DNA from: Syntrophorhabdaceae bacterium
Lineage (GTDB): Bacteria; Desulfobacterota; Syntrophorhabdia; Syntrophorhabdales; Syntrophorhabdaceae
DNA: 64,000 nucleotides
NCBI GenBank assembly: GCA_963665295.1
Contig: OY762209.1
Span: 5,088,001-5,152,000 of the forward strand
Direction: 5' to 3'
Shown here: one piece after another, positions 27,722 to 36,480 of the stretch
Layout: every line of letters starts with the position of its first letter
How positions within the stretch are numbered: the stretch's first letter is position 1
Notes under the pieces: generated by a model
Seen by the model: the letters and a program-made list of their open reading frames with translations, nothing else
Told to the model about the DNA's origin: nothing
The model's database searches: none
Made by a program: the position numbers and the translations under genes

Positions 27722-27952
27722 TGCCCTGATTCAAACTGCTCTTTATTTTCCGGCGTCAATTCTTTAATAAATTCAACAGCGCCGGGTGGTGTAGGCAGGT
27801 GCATGGGGCGGAAGCTTCAGACATGTCCGGCTGTGACGCCTTGTAGGCCGTCGGCGTACTTGCCGTACGCCAGAGGACCAAGGCTTCGCAGAGGGGCGTG
27901 TATGGAGTTTTCGCCCCATGCACCCGCCTATCCACAAAATAACTTACCCAAC
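27722..27952 (+). repeat. Structured ~230-bp repeat element, copy 2 (hairpin 27792..27930)
   Basis: Direct repeat of 24029..24260 with compensatory stem changes. Confidence 0.9.
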
Positions 27953-28094
27953 CGGTCAAACCAGCACACATCATGAAACCATCGATGGGATTCCGACATA
28001 GTCCGATCCCTCCTTCGCGTTGATTTGCCTTCAATTGATTTCATGATTTCATTGCCCCCGTCGATGCCTGCGCCTTGGCCGGGGGCGGCGCGTC

Positions 28095-29792
28095 TCACCC
28101 GTCCAGGGGCACAAACTCTTTTATATTGAGGTGGATAAACCTTTCCCCCATATCCTCCTTGACCATAGGGGACGCCACGATACTCATCTTCGCAGCCTCA
28201 AGAAGGGGCGCCTGTCCGTAAAAGGTGCCGTACCACGTGCGGTTCTCTTCGTCGGTGATCTTAGCAAACCTGTTCGTCAACCTCACATGGGACGGGGTAA
28301 AAAGCAGGTTCGGCCTCGGGTTGCCCATGCCGAAGGGCGAGGCCCGGTCTATGAATTCCACCAGGGCGGGGTTCAGTTCCTCAAAGGCGGCCCGGGTGTC
28401 CACCCTGGTCTTCCGCTCCCGGTCCCTGATCGCTCCCTGCACGGCATCATCGAAAGCGTCCCTGAAGGGGACGAGGTTCTCCGCGCTGAGGGAGATCCCG
28501 CACGCAAACTTGTGGCCCCCGAACTTCAGCACGAGATGGGCCACGGATTCGATGGTCTCGTGGAGGTCTATGCCGTCCCCTCCCCTGCCGGAGCCTTTCC
28601 ATACCCCATCCACCTCGGTGATGACGATGGAGGGTTTCTTGTACATCTCCGTCAGCTTCTGGGCGACAATGCCGATAACGCCCACGTGCCAGCCCTCCTT
28701 GAAGAGAACGATGGAATTCCTGCCGGTCATCGCCTCCGCACTGATCGCCTCCACGGCCTCCTTCACTGTTTCCTGTTCGATCCTCTGCCTCCGCCTGTTT
28801 ACATCGTTCAGCTCCGTGAGCATGCTCCTCGACGCGGACTCGTCCTCGGAGATAAGGAAGTTGAGGGCCGTGGTGGGGCTCGACACCCTTCCCGAGGCGT
28901 TGATGCGGGGGATGATGATAAACCCGAGGGTAAATTCATCAATGGCGTTCCTGGGGACTATGCCGCTCCTGAAGAACGACTTCAGCCATGTCCGGGGTCG
29001 TTTCCTCATGACCTCCATGCCGAATTTCACGATCACCCGGTTATCTCCTGTGAGGGGCACCATGTCGGCCACGGTCCCCAGGGTCACGAGGTCAAGTTCC
29101 CTCTTGAGGTTGATGGTCGTTTTCAAAAGGCCCTTTCCCGCCATTATCCTCCTCAGTCCCAGGAGGAAGAAGAAGGTAACCCCACATGCCGCGAGTTCCC
29201 TCGTGGGAAACCGGGCGTCCCTTCGCTTCGGGTTTATGACCGCAAGGGCAGGGGGCAGTTCTTCTCCGGGTTCGTGGTGGTCGATCACGATGGTTTCCAT
29301 GCCGAGCTCGTCAGCGGCCCTGATCTCAGCCACGTTGGTCGACCCGCAGTCAAGGCATATGAGGAGCTTCACCCCCATTTCCTTCATCTTTCGGACCGCG
29401 CCCACGTTGAGGCCATACCCTTCCCGCCTTTCAGGCAGGTACGTAACGGGCTCTGCCCCGAGGTGCCGGAGAAAATTGATCATGAGCGCAACGGAGGTGA
29501 TCCCGTCGGCGTCGTAGTCACCATAAAGGCCGATCTTCTCTTTTGCGGTCACCGCCTTTATGACCCTTGACACGGCAATCTCCGCATCAGGGAGAAGAAA
29601 GGGGTCCGAAAGGTCTTCGATCCTGGGATGGAGAAAGGTTTCCGCAAGGACGGGGTCCGTAAAACCTCTGGAAACAAGGATTCTCGCGCACAGATGGCTC
29701 AAATCAAGGTCCCTCTGGAGCGCTCCTATTATGGCATCAGTTTCATCCATTATAGATGTGCCGGCCTCTTCTTTCTTTGAATGGGCGCCCAC
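28095..29792 (-). CDS. recJ: Single-stranded-DNA-specific exonuclease RecJ (start may be ATG 29750)
   Basis: YGDYDADGITS, EGYGL, IDHH, DLVTLGTVAD, PRINASGR, FGGH. Confidence 0.95.
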   Translation of the reverse strand: MGAHSKKEEAGTSIMDETDAIIGALQRDLDLSHLCARILVSRGFTDPVLAETFLHPRIEDLSDPFLLPDAEIAVSRVIKAVTAKEKIGLYGDYDADGITSVALMINFLRHLGAEPVTYLPERREGYGLNVGAVRKMKEMGVKLLICLDCGSTNVAEIRAADELGMETIVIDHHEPGEELPPALAVINPKRRDARFPTRELAACGVTFFFLLGLRRIMAGKGLLKTTINLKRELDLVTLGTVADMVPLTGDNRVIVKFGMEVMRKRPRTWLKSFFRSGIVPRNAIDEFTLGFIIIPRINASGRVSSPTTALNFLISEDESASRSMLTELNDVNRRRQRIEQETVKEAVEAISAEAMTGRNSIVLFKEGWHVGVIGIVAQKLTEMYKKPSIVITEVDGVWKGSGRGGDGIDLHETIESVAHLVLKFGGHKFACGISLSAENLVPFRDAFDDAVQGAIRDRERKTRVDTRAAFEELNPALVEFIDRASPFGMGNPRPNLLFTPSHVRLTNRFAKITDEENRTWYGTFYGQAPLLEAAKMSIVASPMVKEDMGERFIHLNIKEFVPLDG

Positions 29793-29807
29793 CGGTCGGC
29801 GGACCAG

Positions 29808-30725
29808 CTACCGGGCGTTCTCTTCATGATGGGTGCATCCGATAATCCCATCCAGGTCCGGGTAGTTCTCCCGGGTGAGATAGCTGTCTATTCCTTCTAT
29901 GATCTTGGGTATTGTGTAGGGGTCCACGAAGGTGGCAGTCCCGACCTGGACCGCTTTTGCCCCTGCCATGAGGAAACAAAGGGCGTCCGCGCAATCCATT
30001 ATCCCTCCTGAACCTATGATGGGCAAAGGGACCGCCTTCGAGACTTCGAATACCGCTTTCAGGGCAATGGGGCGAAGCACGGGGCCCGAAAGCCCTCCCC
30101 GGAGCGGCACGCTTCTTCGCGCAGTGTCGACTACCGCCGCAGGAAAGGTATTGAGGAGGGTAAACCCGTCAACGCCTGCTTCGTATGCCGCTTGGGCGAT
30201 CTCCACTATATTCTTGACCTCGGGGGTGAGTTTGGCGATCACGGGGATCGGGGTAACCGACTTCACCCGCTTTATGATCCCTCCCACCATATCGGGGTCT
30301 TTCCCGAAGCTGATGCCTCCCCGCTTCACGTTGGGACATGAGAGGTTCATCTCGAGAGCCACGATCAGGGCGTCGGGTTTTATGCTCTCCGCACACGCCA
30401 CATATTCGTCCTCCTCGAACCCGAAAAAGTTGACGATTATAGGAGTCTGCCGTTCCCGGAACAAGGGGAAATAGTCGCGGAAGAATCGTTCGACACCCAC
30501 ATTCTGAAGGCCGATGCTGTTTATAATCCCGTAACGCTCTTCCCACACTCTGGGAAGGGGGTTTCCGTGATGGGGTTTCAAGGAGAGCCCTTTGGTCACA
30601 TAAGCGCCGAGGGTCTGAACCGGCCAGAGAGGTTCGATCTCTCTCCCGTACCCCAGCGTGCCCGAGGCATTCATGACCGGGTTCTTAAGGATCTTTCCGA
30701 AAAGTTCTAGAGACGTATCTGCCAT
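29808..30725 (-). CDS. pyrD: Dihydroorotate dehydrogenase (class 1B) catalytic subunit
   Basis: KNPVMNASGT, NSIGLQN, NLSCPNVK, KLTP, GGLSG, IIGSGGI, AVQVGTA. Confidence 0.95.
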   Translation of the reverse strand: MADTSLELFGKILKNPVMNASGTLGYGREIEPLWPVQTLGAYVTKGLSLKPHHGNPLPRVWEERYGIINSIGLQNVGVERFFRDYFPLFRERQTPIIVNFFGFEEDEYVACAESIKPDALIVALEMNLSCPNVKRGGISFGKDPDMVGGIIKRVKSVTPIPVIAKLTPEVKNIVEIAQAAYEAGVDGFTLLNTFPAAVVDTARRSVPLRGGLSGPVLRPIALKAVFEVSKAVPLPIIGSGGIMDCADALCFLMAGAKAVQVGTATFVDPYTIPKIIEGIDSYLTRENYPDLDGIIGCTHHEENAR

Positions 30726-31465
30726 AAATCGAATACCGGCCCTTCCTTACATACCCTTTTATAGGGTTCCGTTTCATCGTTCGTTTCGATCACGCAGCCG
30801 AAGCACAAGCCCAGGCCACATGCCATCCGTTCCTCCACAAGGGCCTGACACGGCTGCCTTTCCTTATCGAGGAGGCCCTTGAGGCTTTTGAGCATGTTCA
30901 CGGGACCGCAGGCAAAAATCTCGATATTTTCGCCCTTCATCTCCGCAAGGCTTCTGCCGAGAAGGGAGACCACGTCGCCTTTGAAACCCTCCGACCCATC
31001 CATGGTGGCCACCGCGGGATTGAGGTGTCGGAGGTCTTCGATGATGGCTGTTTCCTCCTTGCGCGAGCAACCGAAAAGAAGGGTTGTCTTTCCCTTCAAG
31101 GTCCCGATAAGGGTGCGGACCCCCGCAATACCGATGCCGCCTGCCACCACGAGATAGCGGTCTCTCTTTCCTACATGGAAACCCTTACCCAGGGGGCCGA
31201 GGACGAAGACGGTTTCATTCTTCACCGCCTTGCTCAGACGTTCCGTCCCTTTACCCACAACCCTGTACATGAGGGTAAGGACCTGCCTCGCATAGCGATA
31301 GATACCGAAAGGCCGCCTCAGAAACACCTCGCTGCCCGGTATGCGGAGCATCACGAACTGGCCCGGGCTGCCTGGGTCCATGGGCTTTGAAAGCCTTATA
31401 GTGAGCATGTGATAGCCCGGAATGAGCATCCTGTTCGAGGTAATTCTTCCTTCTATATCATCCAC
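30707..31465 (-). CDS. pyrK: Dihydroorotate dehydrogenase electron transfer subunit
   Basis: PGQFVML, LRRPF, GPLGKGF, AGGIG, ACGP, EERMACGLGLCFGC, VCKEGPVF. Confidence 0.93.
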   Translation of the reverse strand: MDDIEGRITSNRMLIPGYHMLTIRLSKPMDPGSPGQFVMLRIPGSEVFLRRPFGIYRYARQVLTLMYRVVGKGTERLSKAVKNETVFVLGPLGKGFHVGKRDRYLVVAGGIGIAGVRTLIGTLKGKTTLLFGCSRKEETAIIEDLRHLNPAVATMDGSEGFKGDVVSLLGRSLAEMKGENIEIFACGPVNMLKSLKGLLDKERQPCQALVEERMACGLGLCFGCVIETNDETEPYKRVCKEGPVFDLWQIRL

Positions 31466-31467
31466 AA

Positions 31468-32499
31468 TTACTCATCCCTTACGGCAAGGAGCATGACAAG
31501 GGCATCCTCGTTCGTATCCGTATAATACTTCTTGCGCTTGCCTATCGCCTTGAAACCGAATTTGTCATAGAGGCGGAGCGCCTCCTTGTTGCCTTCTCTC
31601 ACTTCAAGGTAGAACTGGGTGATCCCCTTTTCCTTCAGCCCCTCTATCACGCCGGCCATCAATGCCGACGCGTACCCCATGTTCCTCTTTCCGGGATGAA
31701 CCGCGATATTGAGAATATGGGCCTCGTCCTCTACCGTGTAGAAGCAAAGGTAACCTGTGACTTCCGTCTCCGTGGTGATGACGAAATTTTCGGCAATGGG
31801 AGAGAAAAGGGCCTCTTCAAAAAGCCTCTTCGTCCAGGGAGAGGTAAAGGACCCCTTCTCTATGACGAGAACCTGGGGGAGGTCATTTTCCGTCATGGTC
31901 CTGATCTCGACGTCGCGGCCTTTATCGAATCTTGTGGCGGCCAAAAGGTCCTCCTCCGTATTGACATTGGTGAATACCGCCCGTCCCCTTTGCAGGAAGA
32001 CGGGGTGCTCTCCCAGTTCCTTCACGACGAGATAGGGGAACACGTCGGTAATCTTGAATTTTCCCTTCGTGATGGCGGTGATAAACTCTGAAAGGCACGA
32101 CCTGTTGTATATGGCATGAAGGGCCTCGTATCCGTAGCGGGTACGGGGAATTATCACATCCTCTCCGCGCGCCCGGGCCATCATGTATCTCAAGGCCTTC
32201 TCGCTCAGGTTGGGCATATCGCAGGCGACGACAAACACGTATCGCGAGGACACATGCATCAGGGCCGACGCGATGCCCACCATGGACCCCCGCATGGGCA
32301 TGACATCGGGCAGTACGGGCGCATCTATCCCCGCAAACTCGCGGTGATAGCTCGACACGATGATGATGTCTTCGAACACGCCCCGGACCGTCTCGTATAC
32401 GCGGTTGATCATCGGGCGGTCCCCCAGCATGAGGGTGGCCTTGTCTCTCCCCATCCTCCTGTTCCGGCCTCCGGCGATTATGGCGCAGGAAATATCCAT
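31468..32499 (-). CDS. MobA-like molybdenum cofactor guanylyltransferase fused in frame to a RimI-like N-acetyltransferase (start 32499-32529)
   Basis: N-half AIIAGGRNRRMGRDKA, VACDMP, FTNVNTEEDL; C-half SFTSPW, EAHILNIAVHP, LEVREGN, RKKYYTDTNEDALVM; no stop in between. Confidence 0.88.
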   Translation of the reverse strand: MDISCAIIAGGRNRRMGRDKATLMLGDRPMINRVYETVRGVFEDIIIVSSYHREFAGIDAPVLPDVMPMRGSMVGIASALMHVSSRYVFVVACDMPNLSEKALRYMMARARGEDVIIPRTRYGYEALHAIYNRSCLSEFITAITKGKFKITDVFPYLVVKELGEHPVFLQRGRAVFTNVNTEEDLLAATRFDKGRDVEIRTMTENDLPQVLVIEKGSFTSPWTKRLFEEALFSPIAENFVITTETEVTGYLCFYTVEDEAHILNIAVHPGKRNMGYASALMAGVIEGLKEKGITQFYLEVREGNKEALRLYDKFGFKAIGKRKKYYTDTNEDALVMLLAVRDE

Positions 32500-32693
32500 T
32501 CCTTCAGTTTTTACCATCTTTTGCCCCATGAGTAAAGAAACATCTCGAAATATCCTGCTCTTCCGAGACATCGCCCAAAACCGGCAGATGCCGGTTCGTC
32601 CCGCCTTCCACGAAATACTATTGACCTTGTGCGGACATAGTGCCAGAATAATAGAGGGGACATGGTCAAGACACAAATTGAAGAAGGCCGGGT

Positions 32694-33020
32694 ATGAAAA
32701 ACGCATTTCTTGTGAGCCTGTCGGCGATGATATTCATGTGCGCCTTCTCGGGGCTTTGCTTCGCCACCACCCATGACACCTTCCAGTGCCCCAACGGCGC
32801 CATCATTTCGGTAAACGACAAGCTGGTCACCGTGGCCATGAGATGCGATCCTCCCACCATATCAACGGTGAGAATGGTTACCGGAGGGTACTGGGATTAT
32901 CCGAGGATGGTAGAGGTGGAAGAGTGGGTCTATAACCGGGGACCCGGTTCTTTCGTATATTACCTTACCTTTGAAAACGGGGTGCTGAGGAGGATTGAGA
33001 GCGGCGCTTACGGCAACTGA
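32694..33020 (+). CDS. DUF2845-like secreted protein
   Basis: Signal peptide, TFQC...RCDPP, VEEWVYNRGP...LTFENGVLRRIE; candidate promoter TTGACC-N17-CAGAAT upstream. Confidence 0.8.
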   Translation: MKNAFLVSLSAMIFMCAFSGLCFATTHDTFQCPNGAIISVNDKLVTVAMRCDPPTISTVRMVTGGYWDYPRMVEVEEWVYNRGPGSFVYYLTFENGVLRRIESGAYGN

Positions 33021-33042
33021 CAACGCCCGTCTCCGGGTGTTT

Positions 33043-34152
33043 TCACAGGTCAAGCTTTCTTTCTTTCAATATCTGCCGGTGTAATGCCTTGAAGTCCCTG
33101 GGGGGAAGGGCATCCGACTTTCTTACCAGCTTCACCGCCGATGCGGGACAGGGCACGGCGCACACCCCGCAGCCGATGCACCACTCGCGGTCCACAACAG
33201 GGAAGTCATCCTCCATGGTGATCACATTCACCGGGCATATTTCGACACACAAGCCGCAGCCCGTGCATCTTTCCCTGTCCGTATCCCTGAGAAAATAGGT
33301 GGCCATGAGCACGTCCCTCGGAATCCTCTTCCTTCGGATCGTCCCCACGGACCAGCAGCAGCAACCGCAGCAGTTGCAGGTATGTTTGATCCCTTCCCGC
33401 GCGTTATCCACAAGGTGGACCAGACCCGCTTCCTCGGCCTTTCCGATCACGTCGAGGGTCTCACGTTTCGTAATCTCCCTCCCGATCCCCTTCTCGATCA
33501 GGTACTCCGCCAGTTCGTCATACTTGATGCAACTTTCAAGGACATGACTGCATTTCCTTTTCCCGAGCAATTCCGCCGTGACACGGCAGGGACAGTGGAC
33601 AAGGGCGACCGTGTGGACCTTCTCCACAAGCTGTTCCATCATCTCGAAAGGAAAAACCGCGTGTTCATCGGGGTCGATGGAGAGCGCGGCGGGCACATAA
33701 CGGAGCGACTTGGTGGGAGTCTTTCCGTAAGCCTCGCGGATCTGATCGAGCTTCGAATATCCGGCTATCAGCTCCGCCATCTTCCGTGAATCGGGACTCG
33801 TCAGTCCTCCCCAGAAAAAGGTCTGGGGGAAGCCATATCCGAACTGGTGAAGGGCGTACCCTGTTTCCCCGTTTTCCATCCTTCTCGAAAAAAGGAGCCC
33901 CCGGTGGGAAAGGTTGGACAGGATCTGCTCCAATTCCGGCCGGGGAAGGTCGACGCGGGAGGCAATCTCTTCCGCAGGACAGAGTTCGAAAGGGATCACC
34001 TTTGTGGGAATCGCCAGGGCGACCTCCGCTTCGAGGGAAGTGAAGTTCTCGCGGAGGATGTCCAGGAGTTCCTCCTTCTCCGGATAACCCATGCCTAACG
34101 AGGACAGGTGCTTCGCCAGTTTCCCGTAAACATCTCCCGCCTTCCGATCCAT
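33043..34152 (-). CDS. 4Fe-4S dicluster domain protein
   Basis: HCPCR, CNCCGCCC, CTGCGLCVEICP, CIGCGVCAVPCP; GGAGG RBS before MDRKAGD. Confidence 0.85.
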   Translation of the reverse strand: MDRKAGDVYGKLAKHLSSLGMGYPEKEELLDILRENFTSLEAEVALAIPTKVIPFELCPAEEIASRVDLPRPELEQILSNLSHRGLLFSRRMENGETGYALHQFGYGFPQTFFWGGLTSPDSRKMAELIAGYSKLDQIREAYGKTPTKSLRYVPAALSIDPDEHAVFPFEMMEQLVEKVHTVALVHCPCRVTAELLGKRKCSHVLESCIKYDELAEYLIEKGIGREITKRETLDVIGKAEEAGLVHLVDNAREGIKHTCNCCGCCCWSVGTIRRKRIPRDVLMATYFLRDTDRERCTGCGLCVEICPVNVITMEDDFPVVDREWCIGCGVCAVPCPASAVKLVRKSDALPPRDFKALHRQILKERKLDL

Positions 34153-34343
34153 CGCGCCTGTCCTCCCGGATATCGATTTACCCACCCATTCTATCATACA
34201 CAAGGCAGGAAAATCATCCGGTCCCTCCCGGACGGACGGTTACGGGTTAAAGGAACCCTGCCCCGTGCCGATAAATATAGTGAAAATGAGCCCCGTAAGA
34301 GGTAGGATAAGGATAGAACGACGCTTCGGGAGGATGGGGAACA

Positions 34344-36374
34344 ATGAGTAAGAGGACCGCGCTTTTTTTGATCATAATCGTTTGTCTCTTCGCCACGGCC
34401 GCACCGGCGGAGACCGTTTCTCTTCCAAGGACGGGCATTGCCGCCTGCTACGACGCGTTCGGCGAAGAGATCCCGTGCGCCGCCACGGGACAGGACGGGG
34501 CGATCCAGGCGGGCCTTGCGTGGCCCGCAACCCGGTTTACCGTCACGGGCGACTGCATTCTCGACAACCTTACAGGTCTCACGTGGGCGAAGAACCTCTC
34601 CACGGAAAGAAGGGCCTGGGAAGATACCTTCGGCTACATCGACTCCTTAAACAGCGCCCAACTCTGCAACCGGATCGACTGGCGTCTCCCCAACATAAAC
34701 GAACTTGAAAGTCTGAGCAACGCGGGCGAGGTAAACTCGGTCGCGTGGCTCACCGGCCTGGGGTTCACGAATGTGGGATATAACTGGTACTGGTCTTCCA
34801 CTTCCGTTAAGTCATCCCTTGAGTGTCCGGCCTGCGTCTTCATTACCGATCTCAGCGCGCCCGGAGGGTATCAGGTCTCATGGGCGCCCACGTACCCTTC
34901 GTCGTCGTACCGGGAGTATGTGTGGCCCGTGGCCGGAGAAAGCACCGGCCCCGCCCGGGTCTGGCGAACCGGGCAAACCGCCGTGGTCCATACCGGAGAT
35001 GACGGGAACCTGCGCGAGGGAACGGCCTGGCCTTCTCCGAGGTTCACTGTCGACGGCGATACGGCCACCGACAATCTTGCAGGCCTCATGTGGACGGTGA
35101 ACGCCAATGTCCCCGGACCGGATGTCTGTTTACCCGGGGTCAAGAAGATGTGGCAGGAGGCCCTCGATTACGTAAAGTGCCTCAACGCCCAGGTCTACCT
35201 GGGTTACTCGGACTGGCGCCTGCCCAATACGAAGGAATTCATGAGCATCATCGACCGCTCCCAATACAGCCCTCCCCTGCCTGAGGGCCATCCTTTCCAG
35301 CAGGTCCAGACATCATCGGATTACTGGACATCCACCTCCCGCCCCGGCGGAGGGTCTTCCTCGGCATACGCCTGGTTCGTCAACATGGGGCCGGGAATCC
35401 TGGACTACAAGGACAAGCGTATCAGTTATTATACCTTTGCATGGCCTGTCCGGGGCGGTATAATCGAATCCACCCCGAGGGTCCTCACCGTCACCCTGGG
35501 GGGCAACAAAAAGGGGACGGTCACTGCCGAGGGGCTTGCCTGCCCCAAGGGCAAGGCCTTCTGCACAGGGACCTACAACTCCGGCGCCACGGTAACCCTG
35601 ACGCCCACGGCGAATACGGGCGCCGTGTTTGATGGATGGAAGGACTGCGACGACGTGTCCGGCAATGTCTGCCATGTGACTATGAATAGCGCGCGGACCG
35701 TGACGGCGACTTTCGACGCTCCCCCGGCCATCTCCGCGTCACCCATGTCCATCAACTTCGGGTCGGTCAAAATGGGCGCATTCTCCTCCAAAACGGTCAC
35801 AGTCAAGAACACGGGCGGGGCCCACCTTGTGGTGAACTCCATGAATATCAGCGGTACCACGGAGTTCTCCGCCGTGCCCACCGGCTGTGGAGAGCCCCTC
35901 GCAAAGGGGAAGTCCTGCACCGTCGCCCTTACCCTGACCCCCGCGCCCGGCTCCTACGGCCCGAAAACCGGCCAGTTCGTCATCACATCCACGGATCCGA
36001 AAAAGGCGAGTATTTCCGTAAAACTCACGGGTAGCGGCGCAGCCCCCAAGATATCCGTTTCCCCCGCGTCTCTCAACTTCGGAACGATCCTGGTCCAGAC
36101 CACGTCCGACCCCAGGAAGATAACCATAAAGAATACGGGGCCATCGGACCTCTCGTCCATCGGTATCTCCCTGGCCGAAGGTCCCTTCGCCGTCTCCGGG
36201 AACGACTGCGCAGGGAAGACCCTCGTCACCAACGGGTCGTGCGCCGTCTACGTCACCTTCGCCGCATCGAGTTTGAACAAGGTGGTCATGCCTCTTACGG
36301 TCACATCCAACGACCCCGACCCGGCAAGAAAGAGCATAAAAGTGAACTTGAGCGGAAAGGGGAAAGCCAAGTAG
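34344..36374 (+). CDS. Secreted protein with two DUF1566 (Lcl-like) domains and a choice-of-anchor-D-like C-terminus
   Basis: DNLTGLTW/DNLAGLMW, DWRLPNINELESL/DWRLPNTKEFMSI, YWSST/YWTST, VWPV/AWPVRGG; C-terminal SNDPD...GKGKAK. Confidence 0.88.
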   Translation: MSKRTALFLIIIVCLFATAAPAETVSLPRTGIAACYDAFGEEIPCAATGQDGAIQAGLAWPATRFTVTGDCILDNLTGLTWAKNLSTERRAWEDTFGYIDSLNSAQLCNRIDWRLPNINELESLSNAGEVNSVAWLTGLGFTNVGYNWYWSSTSVKSSLECPACVFITDLSAPGGYQVSWAPTYPSSSYREYVWPVAGESTGPARVWRTGQTAVVHTGDDGNLREGTAWPSPRFTVDGDTATDNLAGLMWTVNANVPGPDVCLPGVKKMWQEALDYVKCLNAQVYLGYSDWRLPNTKEFMSIIDRSQYSPPLPEGHPFQQVQTSSDYWTSTSRPGGGSSSAYAWFVNMGPGILDYKDKRISYYTFAWPVRGGIIESTPRVLTVTLGGNKKGTVTAEGLACPKGKAFCTGTYNSGATVTLTPTANTGAVFDGWKDCDDVSGNVCHVTMNSARTVTATFDAPPAISASPMSINFGSVKMGAFSSKTVTVKNTGGAHLVVNSMNISGTTEFSAVPTGCGEPLAKGKSCTVALTLTPAPGSYGPKTGQFVITSTDPKKASISVKLTGSGAAPKISVSPASLNFGTILVQTTSDPRKITIKNTGPSDLSSIGISLAEGPFAVSGNDCAGKTLVTNGSCAVYVTFAASSLNKVVMPLTVTSNDPDPARKSIKVNLSGKGKAK

Positions 36375-36480
36375 ATTCCTCTGAAAACCATCACCCTATT
36401 TATGATACACCTCGCGTCAAAAGTGTGATATATTTAGTAAATTTTTAACAGCACTGCGACTTAATCATTCAACGGGGTGT

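Noticed and set aside
24029..27952. Hairpin repeats as a CRISPR array or integron attC sites
   Set aside because: Only two long copies 3.7 kb apart, no spacers or cas genes, no clear RYYYAAC/GTTRRRY boxes at the stem ends, and no integron integrase.
28131..29570. Long + strand ORFs opposite recJ, and similar antisense ORFs at 481-1392, 10846-12108, 57311-58480 and 59804-61222
   Set aside because: Shadow ORFs from GC-rich codon bias, fully overlapping well-supported genes and lacking motifs.
34344..35460. DUF1566 domains as targets of a diversity-generating retroelement
   Set aside because: No reverse transcriptase and no adenine-mismatched template repeat in the window; a remote DGR cannot be excluded.
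36375..36480. TPP riboswitch upstream of thiD-thiC
   Set aside because: Short AT-rich gap without the CTGAGA/ATACCC-type core.
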